Shown: positions 51,662 through 64,000 of the stretch, one piece after another
How positions within the stretch are numbered: position 1 is the first letter of the stretch
Layout: the number at the start of each line of letters is the position of its first letter
NCBI RefSeq assembly: GCF_006345805.1
Contig: NC_043016.1
Coordinates: 13,888,001-13,952,000, forward strand
DNA length: 64,000 nt
Reading direction: 5' to 3'
From: Octopus sinensis
Taxonomy: Eukaryota
Program-made: the position numbers and the translations under genes
The notes under the pieces: model-generated
What the model saw: only the letters and a program-made list of their open reading frames with translations
Database searches by the model: none
Told to the model about the DNA's origin: nothing

Positions 51662-52267
51662 AATGAAATATCCTAATCTTTCAAGCTTGTGGATGCTGGT
51701 GCCATGTAAAAAGGATCCATATCCGTGCTGCATAAAAGCACCCAGCACACTGTGTAAAGTGCTTGGCGTTAGGAAGGGCATCCAGCCATAGAAACCATGC
51801 TAAAATGGGTATGAAGCCTGGACAGTTCATCATCTGGCCAGCTCCTATCAAATCATCCAAGCCATGCCACCATGGAAAACAGATGTTAAATGATGATGAT
51901 GTATATAAACATACATATGTGTGTGTGTGTGTGTGTGTATGTGTGTGTGTGTGTGCGTGTGTGTATGTATATATGTATGTGTGTGTGTATATATGAAATA
52001 ATATTATTATGGAGGCAACACAGGCGAAGTCTAAAAGAACATAACTGAAATATGCATCCAAAACTTATATAAATACATATATTCTCTATAAAATGGAAAT
52101 AAAATTCCAAAATACACAAATACACTCTCGGAGTGGTTGGCGTTAGGAAGGGCATCCAGCTGTAGAAACTCTGCCAGATCAAGATTGGAGCCTGGTGCAG
52201 CCATCTGGTTCACCAGTCCTCAGTCAAATCGTCCAACCCATGCTAGCATGGAAAGCGGACGTTAAAC

Positions 52268-52307
<40 letters not shown>

Positions 52308-52889
52308 TATATATCCTGTTTGTGGGAGTTGTGAAAAAGATGAAAGAAATCGTAACAGACTTATATATAACACTTATATATAACACTTATATATAACACA
52401 TATCCCTAAGTGAGTTGTGATGCAGTAAAGCTGTGATGGACTATGGAGGGGTGGGGTCTTGAAGGGGTTGATATGTATGTAGGGTTTTATGTTTGTAGGG
52501 GGAATTTTGGACAGGGAATTGCAGATGTGACCGCCATTAACAGAGAACAGTAAACATTTTTTCAGCACCTACTACCTCTGAAGACCTAATTTTCTGGTTA
52601 CCCTATATTGAGTGTGAAACCAACTGATAAAATCAGCAGAAATAGGTCTATAATAATGTATACTTTAATTAATATACTCAGTCTGTTGACAAATTTGCAA
52701 AAGAGGTTATAAGAGAGCTATATATCAAATTACATGTGTATGTATGTATATATAAATATGTATATGTATGAACCAATGGATACATATACATATATATGTA
52801 TGCATGTATGAATGTATGTATGCATATATGTATGTTTATATCTAGGTATGTATGGAGAGAGAGAGAGAGAGTGAGAGATGGAGTGCAAG

Positions 52890-52944
<55 letters not shown>

Positions 52945-53882
52945 GAGGGAGGAATAATTTTGCCATTTTGTCCTATCTTCTGACAGAGAGACCTAGCAAC
53001 AGAGATGATCCCATTTTTATCCTTGGCCAATGGGCTGCGAAGGGGATTGCCTCACACCATCGCCCCTTCATCATGACGGCTACAAAAAGGACCTTTGCTA
53101 CTGCTTGCGACCAAGACTGACCAGCTATTGTATGTCCCATGCAATATTCTGACCTAGCTATATACTGTCACCTCTGTCGCACATTGAAAGAAATCAAATT
53201 TAAATAAATGCATAATGCAATTTCATTTTTCTTTTCTCTGATAAAAGGAAAAAAGAAAAGGCAGGACCATCCTCTCCTTTGCCATACAAATGAAATACCA
53301 ATCAAGCAACTAAGAACTCTTATAAATAAACATTTTAACTGAAGTTAAAAGTTATAGGCATAGGAGTGGCTGTGTGGTAAGTAGCTTGCTTACGAACCAC
53401 ATGGTTCCAGGTTCAGTCCTACTGTGTGACACCTTGGGCAAGTGTCTTCTAATATAGCCTCGGGCCGACCAAAGCCTTGTGAGTGGATTTGGTAGACGGA
53501 AACTGAAAGAAGCTTGTCGTATATATGTATATATGTATGTATGTGTTTGTGTGTGTGTGTGTTTGTCCCCACCTAACATTGCTTGACAACCGATGCTGGT
53601 GTGTTTGCATCATCCCCGTAACCTAGCGGTTCGGCAAAAGAGACCGATAGAATAAGTATTAGGCTTACAAAGAATAAGTCCTGGGATTGATTTGCTTGAC
53701 TAAAGGAGGTGCTCCAGCATGGCCACAGTCAAATGACTGAAACAAGTAAAAGAGTAAAGAGAAAGAGAGAAGTGTTGTCAACATATTAACAAGCACATTA
53801 ACAACTGCACTGGAAAAGATTCAGAATAGAAATTTTGAAATGTGAAAAGAAATGTATAATAACATAAACTTCTTTACCAAGC

Positions 53883-53925
<43 letters not shown>

Positions 53926-54055
53926 ACACACATACACACATACACACATACACACACACACACATACACACACATACACACACACACACATGCACGCACA
54001 CACACACACATACACACACACACACATACACACACACATGCACACACACATACCA

Positions 54056-54092
<37 letters not shown>

Positions 54093-55033
54093 CACACAAC
54101 TGAATCCCTTTGGTTTCGTTCTAATGATCATCTCATAAACTTGTGAATAAACATGGTTGATGGTATTATATGTAGATTCTATATTTGTGTGAGGCAAGCA
54201 TAAGAGTTGAAAATTCTACAAAATATTTTTGCAGAGTTATTACATATCAAAACAGGAGACTGGAAAAGACATTTTTGTTATTATTTACTCACCATTACAT
54301 GTGCTTCATTTGCTAATAGGAAGTACAAAGCTGTACATGTGGTAGAAAACATGTGAGATATCTCCTATTAGAAATTCTTCAGACATATATTATTTGATTC
54401 TTTGATAATTGATGGATACTGACAACTCCATGAAGAAGTGCCAATCACCCAAAGTTGATTGAACTCATGGAAGAGGGAGTCCCAAAAAGACCTAAGTACT
54501 GAAGGATGATCTCAGGACACTGGACCTTACACATGAGATTACAAAGGACCAAGATATCAGGTACCTTGCTGTACTCAAAAAGGCCTGTCCTCCACAGCAG
54601 AAGTGTTAAAGCCACATCCTCTGGTGAAGAGGGTTAGCCAACAAGATTCTTTTGCTGGTGCCATGTAAAAAGCTCCCATACTGGCACAATGGTAAGAGCT
54701 ACAGTGTCGGCATCACATAGAAGCATTCATGCTGGTGGCACGTAAAAAGCACCCAGCACACTCTGTAAAGTGGTTGGCATCAGGAAGGGCATCCAGCTTT
54801 AGAAACCAGGCTAAACCAGATTGGAACTTGGTGCAATCTCCTGCTTACCAGCCCTGGTCAAACTGTCCACCCATGCCAGCTTGGAAAACAGGCATTAAAG
54901 GATGATGATGATGATGATGATGATGATTGATGATGATGATGATGATGGTGCACTATTGTCTTCAGACAATATCATTTTGGATGTGATGTGTATAGAAACA
55001 ATATATATATGTATATATATATATAATATATAA

Positions 55034-55072
<39 letters not shown>

Positions 55073-55095
55073 TTTATTTAAGCAGCAGAAAATTC

Positions 55096-55150
55096 AACAA
55101 AAATCTGTTACTCTGAGTTTCTCGTTGCCGTTCATCAGACAGTTTTTGCT
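55096..55150 (-). ncRNA. Minimal type I hammerhead ribozyme
   Basis: AGCAAAAACUGU-CUGAUGA-A-CG[GCAA]CG-A-GAAA-CUC[A]GAG-UA|ACAG-A-UUUUUGUU. 12-bp helix I with one bulge, GUA triplet, palindromic helix III. Confidence 0.75.
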
Positions 55151-56173
55151 AGAATGGAACTGATATATCAATTCAATCTATACTCTTACAATGCTACACT
55201 TTAAAAAGAAATGGACTTGTTTGATTGGCCCTTTAGAAAAAAACGGTCAATCTTCGAGCGATAAACAAAAAGGTAAAAATATATGTATTATATATATAAA
55301 AAACTTATAAAAATTATAAAATCCGAGGAAAAAACCTATTGACATTAATGAAGACAGTGCAAATTAATGCATAGAAATTAAACCTGTTATAAATACTGCA
55401 ATACATATTTATATTAAAATCTACATATATTATCAACATACACAAAAGGATGCGCGTAAACGCCATACATACATATACAGACGTATGAATATAAATCTAA
55501 ATATACACATAAAAGCATGTGTACATATATTCACGCAAACCGTCTCGCACGCAAGCTAAAATTCATCTATGTAGCAATTCTCATATACTGAGCAAGGAGG
55601 GGGAACGAAAGAAAGGGAGAGAGAGAAAAAGGAACGAAGGAGGGGTGGGGAAAAAACGAAATAAGAAAAAAATTATGTAAACAAGCAGTGTAACTGTATT
55701 ATTGGCATATATAGAGACCAGTATACATACACAAGTTTGAATGGATACATATACATACAATCGTGTATATGTGTGCTTAAGCACAAACATACTTTCACTT
55801 ACACATACACAGATACGCATGCTTACAAATACATATGCTTTGCTATACACATACTTATATAAACATTCTAATTTTGACAACATTGCTTTTTTTAAAAAAA
55901 ACATTGCTTTTAAAAAATGGGTGCATTAATTAAAAATATATACGAAAGACATATAAAATAAAATATAACATCCTATTTTGGGTCATTTATAAATAATCAA
56001 GGTAATATAAATAATCAAGGTAATCCTATGCAATACAATAACATGAAAACAAAGTTTGTAGGTTTTTCCTAATATATATGTAGAAACATAAGACTTTGCT
56101 ATACGGATTAAGATCCGCATAGCTTGGAACACAAACAAAATCCATCGTAGCGCTCATCGTTCAAGAGTCAAAA

Positions 56174-56700
56174 TCAAAAATACAAAATATATACTCTATC
56201 CATATGGTATATTATATTCAACATTTTAAATTTAGCCGCGTGCCTACATAAGTTCATTAGCTCACTTCTTTGATTCAAGGAATTATTGTCTTTGAATAAG
56301 ATGTACATTTTTTCTAATAGACAAAGCCTGCACTTGAAATTATTTTTGTAAGCTCCATGCCTGTATGGTGCCGCCCTATCCAGAATGCTCCATGTCACGT
56401 TGAAAGGTGGGGCTTCCTTTTCTTTTAGTTCCCAGACATATTTTGCTAGGCTGGTTTTCTTCCTATTCTCTGGGTATTTAAATGAATTTTTATGAGAATA
56501 AAATCTTGTTTTAAATGAATTTTCCAAAGCCCCTGTGTATGTCTTGTATTCCGATGAGCCTTCCACTTGCACCTTGGCTCTATAAACTACTCCTTTCACT
56601 AGACATTTCCCTTCTAACGGACAGGAGCTTTCGTTTTTGAAATTACATTTCTTAATGGGCTCGGCACCATGTCTAATCTCAATTAGCTTCCTATTATGCT
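56174..56700 (-). pseudogene. PLE GIY-YIG endonuclease fragment
   Basis: CN(C)KNESSCPLEGKCLVKGVVYRAKV..KTYTGALENSFKTRFYSH..TSLAKYVWELK..V.WSIL..CRLCLLEK..LNQRSEL..CRH; one frameshift near 56630. Confidence 0.85.
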
Positions 56701-56780
56701 TCCTATATATAAACGGTAAGATAACAAAAGAAAGAAAGAGACCTCAATATTATGTAAATAGAGGAAATTTATCTATAAAA

Positions 56781-56962
56781 TAATATGTTACATTTACTCA
56801 ATAGTCAAGATAAAACTCTGAGTTTCAGATGCCGAAGTGGAAATCCACAACACTCATTTACATGTTTTTCAGATGGCCAGATAACCGAAGAGATGGTGTT
56901 GTGGATTTCCACTTCGGCATCTGAAACTCAGAGTTTTATCTTGACTATTGAGTAAATGTAAC

Positions 56963-56968
<6 letters not shown>
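56781..56968. repeat. Perfect 73-bp inverted repeat with 42-nt spacer
   Basis: 56781-56853 is the exact reverse complement of 56896-56968. Confidence 0.95.
56879..56941 (+). ncRNA. Hammerhead-like motif (mutated core)
   Basis: AGAUAA-CCGAAGA-GAUG..GUGG[auuu]CCAC..CAUC-U-GAAA-CUC[A]GAG-UU|UUAUCU. Perfect 6-bp helix I, same helix III as 55096-55150, core U4>C. Confidence 0.5.
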
Positions 56969-57022
<54 letters not shown>

Positions 57023-57383
57023 GTATTTTAACATGTATAAGGAACCCTTTTTTGTCAAAAATTGGGTTAAAAAAATATGGAAGTTTCTTATACATGAATA
57101 GTATTATATTCCCTTACAAAACCTTTTTTCCAAATTTTAAGCTAAAAATATTAGGGATTTCTTTATACATGAGGGTTCCTTAAAATATTGTGTGTATATA
57201 TATATATATATATATGTATAGCCGGAGGAGTGGCTGTGTGGTAAGTAGCTTGCTAACCAACCACATGGTTCCGGGTTCAGTCCCACTGCGTAGCACCTTG
57301 GGCAAGTGTCTTCTACTATAGCCTCAGGCCGACCAAAGCCTTTTGAGTGGATTTGGTAGACGGAAACTGAAAGAAGCCTGTCG

Positions 57384-57438
<55 letters not shown>

Positions 57439-58079
57439 TTGTGTCTGTGTTTGTCCCCCCAACATCGCTTGATAACCGATGCTGGTGTATTTACATCCCC
57501 GTAACTTAGCGGTTCGGCAAAAGAGACCGATAGAATAAGTACTAGGCTTACAAAGAATAAGTTCTGGGGTCGATGTGCTTGACTAAAGGTGGTGCTCCAG
57601 CATGGCCGCAGTGAAATGACTGAAACAAGTAAAAGACTAAAGAGTAAAGAGAATATATATATATCTATTGGAGGAGATGAAAATCGTCCCAGCAATGACT
57701 AACAAGATTGCCAGATGCATTTTAGCCTTTTTGAGCCTTTTCAATTGCTTGTACTCATAGCCAGCCACATGCATAAGCAAGATTTGTCACCAATAATATA
57801 TAGGGAAAAAGCAATGTAACATTCATTGATATTGCAAATAGTTGCCAATGAGGCTGAAATGCAAGTGGCATTCTCGCTAGCTGCTGCTGCTGCTGCTGCT
57901 GCTGGGACAATTTTCATCTGTCTCCAATATGTATTATGCTTTTAAAACCAGGATGTCTGTAAGAGATGTTATCTCTGTGCAATTACTGCAGTAAATTTGC
58001 CTTTTCAATGATGTATTTACATTAAGTATAATATTTAGATGGCAGTGTGTGTGTAGTAGTGGTGGTGGTGGTGGTGGTG

Positions 58080-58128
<49 letters not shown>

Positions 58129-58697
58129 AAAGAGAAAGTTCTTGGTACAGTATTATAAATTTGAAAAAAAATGAGTAGAGATGGCATTTGTTGGATAATT
58201 TTTATTTCAGTAATGATGTCTACAAAGAGTGACTCTGGTATGAGTTTCTAGCTTCAAAATAAAAATAAAAATTATCCCCAAAAGAACATCTCTACTCATT
58301 TTTTCAAATATATATATATATGTATGTATGTGGGCACGTAAAAAGCACCATCCATTCGTAGCCGTTGCCAGCCTCACCTGGCCCCCATACCGGTGGCACA
58401 TAAAAAGCACCATCCGATCATGGCCGTTTGCCAGACTCGTCTGGCACCTGTGCCGGTGGCACGTAAAAAGTACCCACTACACTCATGGAGTGGTTGGCGT
58501 TAGGAAGGGCATCCAGCCGTAGAAACATTGCCAGATCAAACTGGGCCTGGTGCAGCCATCTGGCTTCCCAGACCCCAGTTGAACCGTCCAACCCATGCTA
58601 GCATGGAAGTGGATGCTAAACGATGATGATGATGATGATGATATATATGCATGCATATGTATATATGTTTATGTGTGTGTATATATATATATGTTTA

Positions 58698-58753
<56 letters not shown>

Positions 58754-58871
58754 GTTTAAATATTTGTTGTGCAAGATTTTTTATGTGAAGTCATGTGTTG
58801 AAACAGATATTGTTATATATAGTGCGTGTGTTTTTATTGGCTAAACTGGCAATATGACCATTCCAAAATAT

Positions 58872-58915
<44 letters not shown>

Positions 58916-58930
58916 GTATATATATATATT

Positions 58931-59185
58931 TACAAAGTCTAGACAGATATCTTCAGCTAGCAGGCCTTGCTACTCTAGACTGATGATGGGCAAGACCCAG
59001 AAACATGCATGTCTCTAGATGCAGGCCTAGCTGTTGGGGGTGTTTGTCTCCCCTTCGTAAATATATAAGGACACAGGAAATGTGTCAAGGCCAACAGGAA
59101 GCGTCGATGCTTCCTAGGGCTAAATAGCAGTGGTGTAATTCCCTTTATGGGACTGTCACGTTAAGTTGACAGTATACAACCACTA
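58931..59185 (+). mobile_element. Hammerhead-containing structured non-coding element between (TA)n tracts (retrozyme-like)
   Basis: HHR followed by stacked hairpins. About 70% similar by eye over about 80 nt to 22356-22429, with conserved pairing. Confidence 0.7.
58954..59033 (+). ncRNA. Type I hammerhead ribozyme, apparently intact
   Basis: CAGCUAG..GCC-U-UGC..UCUAGA-CUGAUGA-UGGG[caaga]CCCA-GAAA-CAUGCAUG-UC|UCUAGA-U-GCA-GGC-CUAGCUG. All core nucleotides present; GUC cleavage after 59013. Confidence 0.9.
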
Positions 59186-59242
59186 TATATATATATATGG
59201 CCACAGCTCATTAGCTGAAACTGGAAAAATCAAAATCAAAAT

Positions 59243-59304
<62 letters not shown>

Positions 59305-59599
59305 TATACATACATATACACACACGCACACACACATACACACATATATATACTTACATTTATATTCTTTTATTTGTTTCAGTCATTTGACTGCGGCCAT
59401 GTTGGAGCACCGCCTTAGTCAAACAAATCAACCCCAGGACTTATACTTTGTAAGCAGGGACCTTTATACTTTGTATTCCGTCGGGACCTTTTACCGAACT
59501 ACTAAGTTATGGGGACACAAAGGCACTAGCAACGGTTGTCAAGTGATGTTGGGGGGACAAACACAGATACACACACACACACACATACACACACATACA

Positions 59600-59642
<43 letters not shown>

Positions 59643-59846
59643 GACGGCCTTTTTTCAGTTTGCATCTACCAAATCCACTCACAAGGCTTTGGCTGGTCCA
59701 AGGCTATAGTAGATAACACTTACCCATAGTACCATGCAGTAGGACTGAACCCAGAACCATGTGGTTGGTAAGCAAGCTACTTACCACACAGCCACTCCTG
59801 CATGCATGTATGTATGTATGTATGTATGTATGTATGTATGTATGTA

Positions 59847-59881
<35 letters not shown>

Positions 59882-59991
59882 CACATCACATGACCGACCA
59901 GACCATCAGATGTTGTTACACATCACTGGTCACAATGCGTTCGCATTGTTTTAGCCTTCGAATGATGCCACCCCGCTGGCTAAGCGAGCAG

Positions 59992-60038
<47 letters not shown>

Positions 60039-60491
60039 TATATATATATGTGTATGTATAGTCTCATCTGACTGGCATGTAAAAAGCACCATTCGAGTGT
60101 GGCTGATGCCAGTGCTACCTGACAGGCACCCGTTTCTGTGGTACATAAAAAGTACCATTCAAGCATGGCTGATGCCAGTGCCATCTGACTGGCTCAAGTG
60201 CCAGTGGGACATAAAAAGCACCATTTGAGCATGGTCAGTACCAGTACCATTTGACTGGTTCCCATACTGGTAGCATATAAAAGCACCCACTACACTCTCG
60301 GAGTGGTTGGCATTAGGAAGGGCATCCAGCTGTAGAAACTTTGCCAGATCAGATTGGAGCTTGGTGCAGCCATCTGGTTTGCCAGACCTCAATTAAACCG
60401 TCCAGCCCATGCCAGCATGGAAAGCGGACATTAAACAACGATGATGATGATGATTTTTTTTTAATATTTAAGGTCGAAGGACTGTTTGTTC

Positions 60492-60888
60492 ATATAGCTG
60501 TTGACAAATAAATATATTTCCCTGTGGAATGTTCTAGAACGAATCATAATGTTACGTGGATAATTCAAAAAGTTTGCCCGCTTATAGCATTCAATGAACA
60601 AATACATAGATAAATATAAAAAAAAAAGAAATAAAGAAGAGAAAAGAAAAAAATGAAATTTTGTGCATGTCACCACACACGCATGCACACACTCACATAA
60701 GATTTCTTTTTTTTCTTTTCCTCTCTTTATTTCTTTTTCCCTCTTTATTTCTTTTTTTTCTTATTTATCTATGTATTTGTTCATTGAATGCTATAAGCGG
60801 GCAAACTTTTTGAATTATCCACATAACATTATAATTCATTCTAGAACATTCCACAGGGAAATATATTTATTTATTTGTCAACTGCTAT
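60492..60888. repeat. Long inverted repeat (about 170-190-bp arms)
   Basis: gttgacaaataaat..ttccctgtggaatgttctagaa..aaaaagtttgcccgcttatagcattcaatgaacaaatacatagataaat mirrored at about 60700-60888. Confidence 0.85.
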
Positions 60889-62489
60889 ATAAACTCACAG
60901 GCAGAAGGCCAGTGACAAGTTTGACAATTGTCAACACACAAAACTCTCAGACTTTAAGTCATTCTGTTACTTCTGCTAAATATTAATAAAAATATACATA
61001 AACTCACATTTTGAGTTTTATTTTTACCCTATTTGCGTCAATATACCTGTGAGTGTGTGTGTGTGTGTGTGTGCGCATTTGTGAAAGTGTGTGTGCATGC
61101 ACGTGTGTGTGCATGCACATGTGTGTGCATGCACATGTGTGTGCATGTGTGTTTGTACGCATGTATGCATGTATCTATGTATGTGTGTATAACATCATCA
61201 TCATCATCATTTAATGTCTATTTTCCATATTGGCAGGATCCAATAAGCTGCAAGGTGGCGTCAAGTTCCAATTCCTTTATTCTCTTATTCTTTTACTTGT
61301 TTTAGTCATGAGCATGCCAGCATGGAAAACGGACATTAATCAATAATGATGATGATGATGATGATGATGGTGACAGGCTTCTTTCAGTTTCTATCTACCA
61401 AATCCACGCAGTGGCACTGAACCTAGAACCATGTTGCTGGTAAGCAAGCTACTTACCACACAGCTGCTCCTGTTAGTTTTGGGATCATTTCTAGCCTGGA
61501 TGTCCTTCCTGACACCAGCCGCTTTACAGACTGAAATGGCTGCTATTTTTCATGCTACCAGCACCAGTGAAGCTGAGAGGTAAACATGCAAGGCAGAAAA
61601 AGAAAAGAGGGAAAAGGGAAAAACTCCCTCTACTGAGGGAGAGATATTTAAGAGGAGAAGATGGAGGTGGGTGGCTTTACACCCTGGTATTGAAATACTA
61701 AAGTATGACAGAGGGACAAGTGCAGGTGTCTTCCTGTAGAAGAAATTCATGGCTGAAGGAGATAAAAGGAAGATAATGAGGGTGTGCTGGTGTAAGCGCT
61801 CAAAGTGCAAGTGGGTGAGCATAGGGGTGGATACAGACAGGGGTTCATGAAGGGAGAAAGAGAGTGGGATACGTTCCTAAAAAGGTGAGTGGGGAGTAAC
61901 AGGCGGTTGTAGACAGATGAATGTGGTGAGTAAGGAAAAAGGGTGGAAATGCAGTTGAAAGGAAATACCAATATGATAAGGGATAAGGGGAGAGATATAG
62001 GGAGGGGCTCAGGAAGGAGAATAGGTGAGAAAGAAGTAGGGTGATGTGCAAGATATAGGAGCAGTGGAGAGAGAGAGAGAGAGGTATATAAGGGGCTAGG
62101 GTATTGAGAATAATAGAAAGTAAGGGAGATGTTAAGAATAGGGTACACTTGCAGTTGGGGGTGGGGGAGAAGTAGCTGAAGGCACAGCAAGAAAGTGATT
62201 AGCAGAAATAGGGTGGGCAGGGATGACAATGAAGAATGTAAGTGGTTCCAGAGGGAATGGGGGGGGGGGCGTAATCACCAGAAGGCTGGGTATGTAATAT
62301 GTGACAATTTCAAATGATTGCAGCAGCAGAGTAGTAAGTACTTTAGATAGGAGAATGGTAGGTTTTAGATGAGAATTGAGGGAAATACTTCACATGACAG
62401 AGAGAGAGAGAGAAGGGGAGTGGAGAGTGGGTCCCCACATGTACAAGAATACAAGTGGTTTTAGAATATCATGCTTGCTTTGATGGACA

Positions 62490-63260
62490 AGCAAAGCAAA
62501 TCGCCACTGACCTCAGTCCTCTGCCCTCTCATCTGTAACACTCAGCATCTTGGGATCAACCTTCAATATTTCATCCCACATCTTCCTCGGTCTCCCTCTT
62601 CCACAAGTTCCATCCACTTTAAACAATTTGTACTGTCCTCTCCCATATTCATTGCACAACCAAACTAGTGTGGTTTTTCTCTCTTGCACACTACATCTAA
62701 TTTCTCTCATTTTTTCTCATTACACTAGCACTCTGCCATACACGCACAGTCTGACATTGTACATCCAGCAGAGCATACTAGCTTCTTTTCTTTTTAGCTT
62801 TCACATGTCCTCTGCATTCGGGGTCCACGTCTCTCTAACATGAAACACTGTTGTACGTAGACAAGCATCATGTAATCTGCCTTTCATTCAGAGAGAGAAA
62901 GACCTTTTACAGCCAAAAGAGATAACAGCTCTGTGAATTTACTTCATCTTATTCTATTCTAGCAACTACACTTTCAGAACATCCTCCTCCTCTGCTAATT
63001 AGGTTACCTAAGTGACAGAGACTACTTACTACTACTAGGGAGCCTCCACGTCATTTGATAGAATCTATTTTCCATGAATCTATTTTTCTTGATCTCTATA
63101 GCACCTGTGCATCTTCCAAGTACAAACACTATTTTCTCCATTAACTTTCCTGTGGTCCCACTGCACCCCTTGTCTGTCTATAGTTTACACTGGGTACTCG
63201 AAATGGAATACCTGCCTACACCTTTCCTGCATAATGAGCAGGGCTGTTTACTGAAGTGGT
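62490..63260 (-). mobile_element. RTE-clade LINE fragment
   Basis: Same family as 45796-46680: GTCGRGRPRKMWDE, and upstream G.SL.V..S.CHLGN..SRGGGCSESV.ARI-like blocks. Confidence 0.8.
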
Positions 63261-64000
63261 TAAAGTCTTATCTGTTGTCCTGTTTACTACAACTGTGGTA
63301 TATACATATACATATGTATTATGTATATGTATACATATATCATGTGACAATGATTGACCAGATCATTGAATGTTGCTATACCTCACTGGTCACAATGTGC
63401 TTTACATCGTTTTAGCTTTTGAATAATCCCACCCCATTGGTTAGGCGAGCAAGTCAACATTCTCCCTAACGAGAAGGCTAGACTGCTGCATTGCTACCTA
63501 TTTACAGCTGAGTAAACTGGTGCAGTGTGAAATGAAGTGTTTTGCTTGAGCAGTGAGGCAGTAAGTAAAGCATTTGAGGGAGGAGAAGGGATAATTAGAG
63601 CGGTTAGGGATGATTGAAGAGGAAATTGCAGGATGAAGAGATCAGTTGACGAAAATCAGAGAGAGAATAGATAATGTCTATGGTGTTAGCCTCAAAGTTG
63701 TTGTGTAGTCAGTATAAAACAGTGGGGATGCAAGTAGTAAACATTAGTAGGGAGAGATTAGGATATATATATACTGGTCAACTGTCTTATCTCAAACCAG
63801 TTGCAGAGAAACAATGTCAGTGACCAGGTCACTGTTAGTGTGAGGAAAAAGTTTTGACACCAAATACTAAATGATTAAGTGAAGTTAATGAGTTTTGCAT
63901 GCTTTTGATTGGTTAATATGCATCGTCACACTGCAACTGCTTACTTAAATATTACAAGGTAATTAAATTTTGTCTTTTATTTTATAAATTCTGCCAAATG

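Larger units (their letters stand above)
55096..56968 (-). mobile_element. 5'-truncated Penelope-like element (GIY-YIG end plus pLTR)
   Basis: GIY-YIG ORF, hammerhead at the 3' end, inverted duplication at the 5' end, (TA)n on both flanks. Confidence 0.8.

Overview
AT-rich, repeat-dominated metazoan genomic DNA. The SINE/LINE repertoire and (TA)n/(CA)n/(TATG)n/(CAT)n microsatellites suggest Octopus (inference from repeat sequences only). Almost all six-frame ORFs are microsatellite or transposon artefacts. Recognisable coding remnants are a septin-7 N-terminal fragment, mariner, maT (DD37D-like) and Tigger transposases, RTE, CR1-like and RLE-type LINE pieces, and three Penelope-like element (PLE) fragments (one RT, two GIY-YIG). 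A weak chain of minus-strand micro-exons may belong to an unidentified host gene. The main hidden signal is RNA-structural: about eight type I hammerhead ribozyme (HHR) motifs, intact to degenerate, most with palindromic helix III and several with an unusual Y10.1/A11.1 closing pair. Two (22273-22331, 58954-59033) sit in 250-355 nt non-coding elements sharing a covarying multi-hairpin fold. One of these shows a head-to-tail junction, as expected from a circular or tandem RNA template. This is a candidate octopus retrozyme-like or PLE-dependent ribozyme element family. All structures were paired by eye; nothing was folded or searched computationally.
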